Under the pieces are notes generated by a model. That model was not told the DNA's origin, made no database searches, and saw only the letters and a list, made by a program, of their open reading frames with translations. DNA of 59,792 bases, filler included, from Jimgerdemannia flammicorona (lineage: Eukaryota), in the NCBI GenBank assembly GCA_003990765.1. It is 3 parts of 3 records of this genome, joined end to end, with 100 filler letters (N's around TTAATTAATTAA, not from the genome) between each part and the next. Parts side by side here need not be neighbours in the genome. Positions count along the whole stretch, not along the records: positions 39,930 to 59,792 come from RBNJ01001827.1; 2 more parts are not named here. The stretch is one strand, 5' to 3'. Both the position numbers and the translations under genes were made by a program. Every line of letters begins with the position of its first letter. Position 1 is the stretch's first letter. This document shows, one piece after another, positions 48,115 through 59,792 of this stretch.

Positions 48115-51100
48115 TGTAATATAGCAGACATATAACTATATAAGTATGTTAGATTTCTATATCTTGAAAACTTGATCTTCTTTGACTCTGCAGAGTTCTT
48201 GAAATATAAAAGTGAGTGAGTTCAAAGTGTATCTGCCTGCAGGCTTACTAGTTCCTTTGTTTTCTATTTGCTTTGAACTATTTTGATCTGAGGTTTATTT
48301 ACTCTAGATACTAGAGATATTTATACAGGTTTGCTAGCTATAAGGTAGCTAAGTTATAACTATATTTCCTGTGAGTCACTTTTCAATATCTGCTAAATCT
48401 TTAACAATTGTCAAAACTTTAACATCTGCAAAGTTTTTAACATTTACAAATATTTTAACATTTACTAAAACTTTAACATTTATGAAATATGACTGCTATT
48501 TATAAGGCTATACTATATTTGGGAATTAGATTCAGATACTATAATTAAATATCTATTTCTCTAATTCATGTTCCTAATTTGGATCAACTGTCACAACTTC
48601 CTTCTAAATAGGTGATTTGTCTCTAGAGCATTCTATTCAGCTCCTTTCTCTGCTATCTTACCAGTCACAAGGTTTGGTAGGCAACCTTCCGAGTTCCCTT
48701 TTCCCTATTATTACCCCCTCTACCTTGGGTTGGTTTGCTATACCTGCAGGGGCATGGTGGGAGGAGGGCAATAGTGATGAGTTGCCCCTTTATCAGTGTC
48801 AGATTGGTGCTTCCTCTACTTTTTCATAGATTCTGGTGCCTTTGGCTGCATCTGGGGTGTACTCATTTTGGTGCGGTGCCTTCTTCCTTTTACCATCGCC
48901 AACAAGGAGTTGTCTTGGTATGTCTCAGGCTACATAGGGAGTTGGCCAACCTTGGGCATCAAGTGCTCAGTATAGGTTACCTGCAGGTCCTCAGTGCCTG
49001 TGGTGGGGCCCTCTGGCTTTGGCAAGCTTCCTGGCAAGTGTGGTTCTAGCGTAGGTGACTATTTTTCAGGTGTTGTCAGGATGGGAGGGGAGGTGGCCAT
49101 CATAGATAAGAGGAAGGGCAATAACAGTGAACCAGTAGGGTGCTAGACTGGGGGCAGTTGTCAGGGCTAGGGCAGATGCTGCTTCAGTGGGGCCTTTTGA
49201 TTGGTATAGTGTGGTTAGGTAGTAGGTGTCACTATCAGCTTCTTTTGGTGGTCAGCGGAGTTGGGCCCCAGTCATCAGGGGGGGTCAGGAGGCCTGAGGC
49301 TACCTATTTCAGGCATCTTGGCTGCACTCAACTGGAACCAAGAGCTGACATGGCAACATGATCAAGGCCCGCAGGCTTGAGTAGTGGGGTATTGGGGGTT
49401 TCCTCTTGCCTCATGTGTAAGTCCTTTACTCATCTCAACTGAGAGAACCAGGCTCTACTCACTGTGTTGTGCTTTGATAAGGGTTTTTTTCTTTGCCTGT
49501 CATTCTCTTTGAGGTGGCAGGGGCTATTCTATTTGGCTCAGATGTGGCCTTATACATATGTTGGGTTCTCAGGCATGTGCTCTCAGTCATTGGCATATGG
49601 TTGGGTTTCCCCTAGTGGTAGAGAGAGTATGGTGCACAGAATGAGGTGCAGGCCTATTCAGCCCACTGTGCCTAGTATGGTCAAGCTGCTGGACATTAGC
49701 TAGCCTAGGTTAATGGGGGGGCAGTGCTTGGTGGGTGGTGGGGGAGGGTTTTGGCCTATATAGTCTAGGTTCCCTTCCAATAAAATTCTGCAGGACATGA
49801 GTCTGTTAAAAAAAAAAAAAAAAAAAAAAAAATCTAAAGTATTCTATTTACTCAAACTCCTAAGCTTCCATAATTTATATCTCCTTATACTGTACAATTT
49901 GTATTATTATATTCATTCAATAATATCTCTTAATATATTTAAAGTCTCTTAGAGCTACTTCTCAGAAATGAGCTAGGGCATATTCATCTTCTTTGAATAA
50001 TTTATGCACTCTTTTAGTGATAATAATCTAAGTATAAGAGAGCTGGTACTCTCTAATCTAATCTTCTTTTCTCATCTCTGGCTATAAGTTTAGTAGCTAT
50101 CCCAACTTGAAATATTCTTAAAACTCAGTCCAGTTCTGGTAGATCTTGAAATACAATATTTATAACAAATGTATCTGAACAATACTCTAGATACTATCAA
50201 AGGATTTTTCATAATCAGTAGCTCAGTAGTATATCATTGTCTTTCTATAGCTCATTATATAGCACTGGTGATCTTGAGGACTGTGGCAGTACTCTGTTGA
50301 TTAGCTATAATACTTCTTAAGTCAGTTTTAGTGAATGATAGTGAGGATGATTGTGTCTGAGAGTTTTTGTAGCCAAAAGGTGATTCTTTTTATATCTTCC
50401 ATAAAGTAAGATCTTTCCCACTTAGGCCTCAGTTTTTGTAACTATAAAGCTTCTACTATATTCTGATATACTAGAACTTTGTCTCTTATCTTAATAATCT
50501 CTAGAGGCTTGTAAGTTTTCTCTGTATTATTCTGTTATAGTATCTGTATCTTAGTTATGTAATCCTCAGTCTTCTTCCTGATTTGGTGTAGTCTCCATAT
50601 TTCTGTATTTATACATTTCTATATAGTATCTTTATTGGACAATAAGATTCCTTGAGAACTTTCTTCTCTAAATAGTATTTCTCAAGAGGTGAAATGGGTG
50701 CTTTGTGATTAGATATCTTAGAGAGCAGATAATACTATTGATAGATAGTTGATCTCAGTTTTCATAGTTATCATAGATCTTGGCAATGATATTCTTGAGA
50801 GTTTTATTAGTTCTTTCTGCTTGTCTATTTCTCTGAGAGTAATAGACTATAGTCTGAATATGCTGAATTTTGTACTTCTTATAGAGAATCTTAAGGAACT
50901 GATTTATGAATTCTGTTTCTCTGTCTGTTGTTACTTGTGTTGGAGTCTTAAATCAGCAGATGATTTCTTTATAGAATAAATTGATAATTGACTATACATT
51001 AACTTCTTTAAGGGGTTCTGCCTGTATTCATTTTGTAAAAAGATCTATAATAATAATAATATATCAGTTGTCAGTCAAAGTTAAGAGTAGAGAACTAATT

Positions 51101-54100
51101 ATATCTATTATAATGTATATGAAGGATACTGGTTCTATGTGTGCTGATTCCAGGGTCTGATTTTATTAGTCTTATTTCTGTTTCTAGTATTTATTACAGA
51201 TCTTGACAAATCATCTAATATCTTTCTTTATTTGTGATCACTATATTGTTCTTCTTACTTTTTTGTAGGTATTTGTTCCTCCTAGATAGCCAAGTTCATA
51301 TACTGATTTCATTACTTGCTCCTTTTTATATTTGAGTATAACTAGTAGCTTTTCTTTCTTTGGTATTTCTCTATTAGTTTCAAATTGTTTCTATATTCTG
51401 TTAATATTTATTTGTGTCTATTCTTTCAGATATTGGGGTATCTTTTGCTATTCCAGATAGATAATAATTCTATAATAGAGTTTCTTATTTATAGTTAATT
51501 TGCTAGGTGAAAGTCTTTTGGAGTATCCATGAGAGAATATCTATATTAATATTAGTTCTTCCAGAACAGTATATGATAGTTATATTACAAGCTTGCAACT
51601 TCATAATCTATCTAGTATAGATTTCTTTGGGTTGTCTAATGGTCAGTAGTTAGGTGAGAGCTGAGTGGTCTGTCTGAATAGTGAAGTGTCTTCCAGCAAG
51701 ATAGTAGTAGAACTTTTCTATAGCCCAGATGACTGTAAGATATTCAAACTTATAGAATTCATATTCTTTTTTAGCTCCTCAGATCTCTTAACTGAGATAT
51801 ATAATAACATACTCTATTTTGTCTTTTTTTTATATCAGAACTGCTCCTAGTCTCTGTGTACTTATATTTGTCTATAGGATAAATTCTTGGGTCCAATTGG
51901 GTCTTCTAAGAATAGATGCTTGGGTCAGTCTGATTTTGAGTTCATCAAATGCTTTTTGTTGCCTACTAGTTCATTGAAACTTAATATTCTTCTTGTTGAG
52001 TTTATATATTGGGCCTGCAATATTGGAGAATCCTCTAATAAATCTGTGATACATAGTATGAGACAAGTCCCATGAAGGCTTAGGCTTCAATGATGATAGT
52101 GGGCCTTAGGTATACTATTACTGTTTAAATCTTAAGGAGGTCTATATGTATTCTATCTTAGTTAATGATATGACTAAGATAAGAGATCTCAATTTTTGCA
52201 AACTTATACTTCTTGGGCTTGATGTAAAGGCCATACTTTTTTAGTCTTTCTATCATCTACTGGATGTACTGTAGATATTCTTTAGCTGTCTTGCTGTAGA
52301 TAATAATATCATCTATATAAACTATTATTTATCTTTTTATATTATAGTAAAAGATTTTGTTTATCATTTGCTGGAAGCTTGCTAATATATTATATATTCC
52401 AAATAGCATTTATAGATAGATATAAGTTCTATCTAGGGTGATGAAGGTTGATTTTTCACTTGTTGCTTCAGTAAGACCAATTTGATAGAATCTAAAATAT
52501 AAGTTCAGAGTACTATAGTACTGTGCTTTATTTTCTAAAGTTACAAAGATGTTACTGATAAGAGGCAGTAGTTGGCAGTTCTTCTTTGTAGCTGGATTGA
52601 GCTTCCTGTAATTAGTGCAGAGTCTTGGAGAAAATTCTCCTAGTTTGCTTTCTTTTTTCAGAACTAGTACAACTGATGAAGCCCAAGGGCTGCTGACTTC
52701 TTTAATGATACCAGCTTCTTCTATCTGCTTGATTTCTTCTCTAAGCTATTCATAATAGGCTGGTAGAATTGGTCTTGCTTTTTGGTAAATTAGTTCAGTA
52801 TCTTCTATATCTACATCATAATAGTAGTATGGAGTCTTTCTCTTGATATCCTTGAAGTCTGTGGCTAGGACATCCTCAAATTCATAAAGTATCTTCTTAA
52901 GTTCCTTCTTGATTGAGAATTTATCTCTAATGATATAACTATACTTGTTTATAGTTTTCTCCTTCTTGTGATCCAATTCAGTAATCTTGATACTAATGAA
53001 TACTTCTCTTTCTATAGATCTGAATCCTTTCTTTTTTCTTTCTATTTCTTCCAACTTCTTAACTTCCATGATCTTTGGCTAAAGAACTGGGAAGATCAAT
53101 ATCTGTACTAATTAGTTCTTCTTCTTGATTAGAAATAGAATTGTAAAGTTATAGTTTCTGATAATAAGTAGTATTTCTCTTATGTAATCTGAATTGATGA
53201 CTTCTTCTTCAATAGTAATCTCACTCTTGGCCAAACTACTTCTTGTCTTGAGAATCCTGATATGGTCCTTTGGAATAGTTATTTTCAGACCAGATGCAAG
53301 CAGGGTGGTTGTCTGGGACTCTAGAATAGATTTCTCTATTGTAGTAATATCTATTCCAGCTGCATTTTCTGACTTATATTCTGGTAGAACTGCATTAGGG
53401 TGGATTTTCCAAATATTGACCTTAATTTCTTCTTCATTATTGCTGTTCTCTAAGAGAGCTGATAGTTCATCTTTCTCTTTCTCCTTCTTCTCTTGTCTTG
53501 TCTATTTTTTGAGGGCCTTCTGTCTTCTATGATAGATTTTTCTTAATTCTGCTGATATACTGATAGTAATTATCAATATATTTCATATAGTACAACTTGA
53601 TTCCATGAGGGCAGACTCCTTATAGTGCATATTCTTCAACAATCCTTTTATACTATTCTTCCTTACTGATCTATCTGACTTTCTTCTTCTTTTTCTAAAT
53701 AATCACTATATAGACTTCTTCTTGCTCACTTTCTTTTTCCTTTATCTCAGACAACACTCCTTTGTTAACATTGATGGGAATTCACATCTTCTGACCTTAG
53801 TAGATGATCTATGTATATTTTCTGAGCATTTAGGTCAATTATTGCTCTAGCTTTATGAAGCCACTAGTTATCAATAAGGATGTCATAGTTGGTAGCATTG
53901 GTTACAATTATATCTACTGGAATGATTATTTCTCCAAACTTGATGGAAATATCTTGAATCTTTCCTAGAGGTATAGCTCTTGTACTATCTACTGTAATGA
54001 ATACCAATTTGATTGCTTCTTTAATCTCCCAATCTAGATAATCTGCTGCTTTCTTACTGAGGAGGTATCTTTCTGCTCTAGTATCAATAATTGCTTTAAA

Positions 54101-55733
54101 GATTCTATCTTCAATTTGATAGGTTGTATAGACAGATGTCTTGCAATTATCTTTACACTCTTTTTTAGAGTCTTCTTAAATATTATTGGCCTCAGTTATC
54201 TTCTAATCTTACTTCTTAGTTTTTTTGGTAAGTCTATATCTCATTTACTGTCTGAATGTAGATATTTCTACCAACTGGTCTAAGGTTACATTGATCTTCT
54301 ATTGACTAAGATCCTTGAAGATGTTATACTTGAAAGTCTTTGTCTTGTGAAGCTTTTTTTTCTTTTCTCCTTTACTGGCTAGAGTAGTTCCTCAGATAAT
54401 ATCTTGGATAGCCTATTCTAACTCCATATCTTGATCTATTTCTTTATCTTGGCTTTCTGTAGTGGTTTTCATCTATTTTTCCACAGAGTTCTTCTTGAGT
54501 CTTCCTAGTGATCTCTTATAGAATTGCTTATTGATATCTTTCTTAGTAATCTATATAGAGTAGATCTCCCATTCTTCTTTATCTGATTTCCCAATCTTCT
54601 TAAAGGTGATAGTATTGACCTGTTCTTTATTTCAAGTAGCATTGCTTGGCTGGGCCTTGCATTTGGTTTTGCTCATATATTTATATGAGTAGTGGCCTTC
54701 TTCTCCACAGATGTAGCAGGTATCTCTCTTCATATCTACAGTAGTAGCAAACTTCTAAACTGAGTAGTAGTCTCTTCTTTTAATTTCTTTTACCATATCT
54801 TCTAGATGGGCTGTCATTTTAGCAAACTTCTTAGCAATTTTCTCCATTGGATCATTATTTCTTTGCTATTCAGTAGCTCTTAGCTGAGATGTATTTCAAT
54901 TGATTACTATAGTAGGAATTATACTAATTGCCTTAGATACTTCAATTCTAACTCCAGTAACTCTTTTCATTATATAGTCTTATAGGTGTCTGGCTATCCA
55001 ATATCACTAGACATAGGTATTATTTTATACTAGGTCCAGAACTACTAGTGATGAGCAGATGACCAGGGCTATCTCTAGATAGACTCTTTTTATAAAGATT
55101 GCTTTGGCTACTTAATCTCTAATAGTAGCAGCATAATCTATAAGGATTATCTAATATTGGATTCTGGTGTAGAATATGTTTAGATTCTCACTCATTCCTT
55201 GATATATTGTATTGAGCTGATTCTTCAGGACTTACTTGATCTTATCTATATAGTAGGTAGTTTAGAGTCAGGTCTTCTGTACTACTAGCATAGTATCATC
55301 ATCATTTCTCACATAAGTTGTAGCTATTCTTACTGCTCTTACTGGTCCTTGAAGATTGAAGAGTATGAGGGCTACTTGCTGTCTTGATGTCAGAGTCCTT
55401 ATAGTAATATACTACTCAAAATCATTAATGAATATAATAATTGATTCATCTGAAGTATATCTATAGAATACTGGTGGTCTCATATCTATCTTATCTGGAT
55501 GTCTTGATTTGATTTGTATGGTTGTTCAGATTATAGTAGTTGTTCAGGTTATAGCAGTTATTCATTATTCAGCTTGAAAGTGAGAGATTCATCTTAAATT
55601 ATCAGTCAATAGGCACCAAGTTATAATGTAGCAGATATATAACTATATAAGTATGTCAGATTTCTGTATCTTGAAAACTTGATCTTCTTTAACTCTGTAG
55701 AGTCCTTAGGATGTAGGAGTAGATAAGTTCAAA
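48115..55733 (-). mobile_element. Gypsy lineage C (gag-PR-dUTPase-RT-RH-IN-accessory ORF), 5' LTR interrupted by LINE
   Basis: 3' LTR 48115-48595 with PPT AGAAGGAAGT; 5' LTR end 55622-55733 matches 48115-48225; PBS TGGTGCCTATTG; CYICGEEGHYS knuckle; IIDT(R/G)A; dUTPase ~53010-53425; YIDD ~52305. Confidence 0.92.
48638..49832 (+). mobile_element. ~1.2-kb retroposon, copy 4
   Basis: 16-bp TSD TCTAGAGCATTCTATT/TCTAAAGTATTCTATT; A-tail. Confidence 0.93.
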
Positions 55734-58700
55734 GGTTGGCCTAGAGGTGCTTAGAGTGGTAAGGCTAAAGTGATAGATATGGTAAGTACTAGAAGAGCTA
55801 GCAGATTATAGACTGATAGGGGTCAGTAGAGCTATGGCTGAGAGCAGAGATAGAACTACTGATGATAGTATGACTGAGAATTTGAAAAAAAATCCAGATA
55901 TAACTACTAATAGTGAGGCTGAGCAGATGAGATATAGAGAGAAGAGAGATCTAATAGATAGTATAATGGATCTAGTGATAGCTCTATTACTCAAAAAGTC
56001 AATTTTAGATTTCACAGTCACATTGTATTTCTGAGGACTAGTAGTAATGGTAAAGATAGTTCTGGGGCTGATTTTGAAGCAGATAGCCAGAGCAGTTTTA
56101 GTGAAGTTCTTATAGGGACTAGATGAGTTTTAAGAAGATAGAACTATTAGAGAAGATCTTAAAGACTGGGTTGGTAATTAGAGAAGTAGTAGTGCTAATA
56201 ATATATTACTTAAAGTGAGACTCTAGAGTGGTTTAGGTTCTAGTGAAAGGGGTACTTATAGAAGAGATAATAGTAGAATATAGCAATATAGTAGATATTA
56301 GATTTAGGGTCTGAGAGAGAATAAAGTTCTAGACTAGAGATATAGATGTCTAACTCTAGCTTACTGGAAGAGAGGTTACTGAGAAGACTTGTAACTGGTT
56401 CTTGATATTAATGTAGAGTATATTTATATATAAGATGATAAAAATAAAGAGGAGTGAGGAGAAGAAGAAGAAGAAGAATCTACTAGAGGCCCTAGAGGAG
56501 CTCAGTGAGATGGTAGAGTATAGAGCTATAGTATAGTAGGCTTATGAGATATTGATATACTTAGAGATAGTGAATAGGAAAAAAATATATATAGATAAGA
56601 TACTGTGAGAGAAAGCTTGGGAGAGAAAAAGGTAGCAGATCCTATTAATAGGCTTAAAAGAGAGATCTATAACTGGGACTAATAGAGACTTAGATAAAAT
56701 GAAGGTAAGTACTTAGACTAGAGATAGTATTGAGATAATACCAGAGAGTATAGCAGAGAGTCAGGAGACTAGAGACCAGTGGCTTTATAATAATAGTATA
56801 CTCAAAGTCTGAGAAGGAGGAGAGGTTACAGATAAGAGTTAGTGCTCAAGTTCAGAAAATTGTAGAAGATATAGAGATGAGGAGTATATATATATAGAGT
56901 TCAGTTTAGAGTACTTGATATAGTAAGAGGGGGATAAGTGGTTAGAGTTATAGAGGATAAGCTATAGGATATTTCAGAGAAAGAGTGAGATGAGTTAGCA
57001 AGTATAGGTACTGATGCTGCAATATAGGGGGGAGGGGGAGACTGGTGACCTCTGGTGGAAAGTATATTGAAGACTTATAGTAGATGATTAAGATCTGCTA
57101 GGACAGAGACATTTTGGGGAGAGTGGAGATGGGTCTGGACATTGGTGCCTCAATTCCTCTTTATTAGATGATAAGGTACTGTAGGATAAGTGGGCTAAGG
57201 ATATTTAACAGAGAGTAGTAGGCTGGAGACAGAAAGGTGCCCCAGTTGGTATCCAGTGGATAAGGATGAAAGAGATGGCCAGGGTCTACTGGAGTGAGGC
57301 TGGCAAGGAGACTGGGAAACAGAGGAGGCAAAGAGTGAGATGAGCTTTTGTTAGACTGACTAGATTTTTGAAAGATTGGACAGGGCTAGTAACACTGGAG
57401 GGGGGAGAGGATTGGAGATTAATATAGGTGAAAATAGAAGTTGAGGAACTATAACAGGTGTTGTGGGAAGAGAAGGAGGCAAGAGTGCAGAGCTTGGTGG
57501 CACAGCTTTATTGACAGGGTTTGGAGGAAGGGAAGAGGCCCTCAAAGTATCTCACAAGGGCTCTTCAGGTAAGAAGAGTGAAGTAGAGATGGGAGGGGGT
57601 ACTAGACTCTAATAGTATACTGGTACATGGTATATAAGACATTTTTGAATCATTAAAGAAGTAATGGAGTGGTTTATGGAGTGAGGAGGAGGGTGGGGCT
57701 GATGCTGCTGCTATTAACTGAGCATTGGAGGATTGGTATCCCCCACAGGCAGAAGAGCTGAGTGGCCTAGTATTGCCAGTCCAAGAGGAGGATATCCACC
57801 AGGTTCTTGTCATGACTGCACTAGGCATAGTACCTGTGGAGGATGGTCTGCTCTGGGACTTCTGGAGGAAGATGGTGGAAGTTCTGGAAGTACTAGGTAA
57901 GATGATAGTATTGTGTGATCTAATACTACAGTCAGAGAGATGGGTGAGGGAGCAGGATCTGTGGCTGGTGATACTGCTTTACAAGAATAAGAGAAGGAGA
58001 GAGGACTAGAAGAACTGGTGGCTGATTATACTACTAGATATAGACAGAAAGTTGATGACTAAGATAGTGGTCACAAGGCTGTAGAAGATGGCTCAGCAAG
58101 TATTGAGTGTTGAACAGAGGGGCTTTATAGGAGGCCAGCTCATTAGAGATGGTACAGCTTGGATATATGGAGTTATTGAAGAGGTATGAGCTTGTGGACT
58201 AGATGAGTGACTAGTCTTTCTGAATCAGAAGAAGGCATACAACTGGGTGAGATGAGTCTGGTTGGCAAAAGTATTAGATAGGATTGGAGTATCTCATTGG
58301 TTCCAGTCAGCAATAGTCAGTCTACTGAAAGAAAGTTGGGCTGTACTCATATATAATGAGTATAGAGGAGTGACATTTTCCCTGGGTAGAGATGTACTCC
58401 AGGGAGACCCACTTTTCTCTATTCTGTATATTCTTTCCCTGGAACCTCTAATGGATAGAATTAAATAGAAGATAGTGGGACTCTTAGTCTGTGGAATTGG
58501 GTGGAAAGTTGGTGCCTTTGCTAATGATATGATGGTTGGTCTGGGATCCATCATCAATATAGAGAAGCTCAAGGAGACAGTGGAGTAGTATGAGGTAAAC
58601 TCTGGGGCTAAACTCAATTGGCATAAGTATGAAACAATGGTGTTAGACAATCTTGATGGGAGGGGATGTCATTGGAACAATTGTCTCTACTGGAGAGGCA

Positions 58701-59792
58701 GTGCAGTATTTGGGTATCTATTTGTCAGTATATGGGTTAGTCCTACTAAGACTTTGGTGAAAGCAGAGAGTTGTGATCTGGGGGGAGACCTTGCAGAGTT
58801 GGGGAGATTGCCACTTGTCTTTAGAAGGGTATGTCTTGATTTTGAATGTCTACTGGTTGCTGAAGTTGTAGTATCTGGCCTATCACCTGGACTTTCCAGC
58901 CTGGGTGGTGAAGAGACTGATGAAACTGGCCAAGGGGTGGATCTAGGCTAAGAGAAGAAGTCAGATCAGCTGGGAGGTCTTGGGCTAGTTGACTTTCTGA
59001 AGAGACTGTACTGCTTGAGAGCATAGTGGTTAAAGAGAGTAGTAGAGTTGAGAGGGGGTGGTTGGGTCTCCCTATTGCAGAAGGTCTGGGAGATAAGAAC
59101 CTCACCAAGAGACTTTACAGGAGATCTATTATCCTTGGTTGGACTTTGGAACACTGGACAAATGAGATACAAAGACTTCTGGTGGGGAGTAGCAGAGGGG
59201 GTGTACTGTATTGAAATATGCTGGCAGAGGAATAAAGAGGAGGTACCTTGGGATCCAGTAATATAGAAATGGGACTAAGTGTTGTTAGGGGGTATTCTCT
59301 TAGTTGAGTTTGATATTAGTGATGGGATCAAATGCCAAAGGAGGCCAGACCAGGATCTGTAGTCTAGTAGATGGTAGTTAGTAGATATTAGAGAGGAGTG
59401 AGGTCTGGGCCTGGAGTATAGAGGTGAGGAGGTAGCTACCACTAAAGTACTGGATGGTCTGGTGACACATGCTGTAGACTCAACTTCTGCTTGGATCACC
59501 TTATTGAGGGGGGATGCTTTGACTATAAGGTATACCATAATGTAGGGCAGAAAGGTAGATATGTATAGATACCTGAATATTGGCTAGAAGAGTGTGAGGT
59601 ACTTAGTGACTTTTGGTAGACTATTGGAGATTGATTGGATATAGTGTATAGGAGGAATGGGGCATGGGATCAGTGGGAGGATTTGAGAGATAGATTGGTG
59701 GGGGGGGGGGGGAGAGAAGGAGGGGCTTACCTTGGGTGGGGTTTTGGTGATTTGGGGGGGGCTGGTGGGTCACTAATTATTTGTTTTTGAGG
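55734..59792 (+). mobile_element. Degenerate L1/Tx1-clade LINE (ORF1, APE-RT ORF2), near full length
   Basis: RT motifs LYKNK...NWWLIILLDID.KL, EQRGFIGGQLIRD, LNQKKAYN.V, QGDPLFSILY, AFAND(D)M, SGAKLN; degraded Cys knuckle ~59565; G-rich 3' UTR. ORF1 and APE are only weakly recognisable. Confidence 0.88.

Overview
Eukaryotic, almost certainly fungal DNA. A Mucoromycota-type host is inferred from the ERV41/SND2 sequences, short dense introns and an REase-like gene family; this is not verified. The window is three unrelated contigs (19865, 19864 and 19863 bp) joined by artificial N44-TTAATTAATTAA-N44 linkers, so nothing should be read across the gaps. Only two intact host genes are present: head-to-head SND2/TMEM208 (-) and an 11-exon ERV41/ERGIC2 (+), sharing a 172-bp promoter with a TGACGTGGC motif. 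The rest is nested, C>T/G>A-hypermutated mobile DNA. It includes at least five Ty3/gypsy lineages (here A-E), four carrying a dUTPase in two different polyprotein positions. There are also an L1/Tx1-like LINE, a defined-length ~1.2-kb poly(A) retroposon (4 copies plus a fragment), hAT-type MITEs with 8-bp TSDs and a 9-mer satellite. The best candidate for a new system is a homologous non-env accessory gene shared by gypsy lineages A, B and C. It has a helical core (Y-x(1-2)-[IL]G-x-x-L ... A-x-[RK]-[ILV]-[HY]-x-[IL]-[FY]) and an acidic tail in A and B. In lineage A it sits inside both 1.5-kb LTRs, directly ahead of an array of 18-bp palindromes and the TATA box, which suggests a retroelement-encoded transactivator or anti-silencer with cognate sites. 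That function is a hypothesis only.
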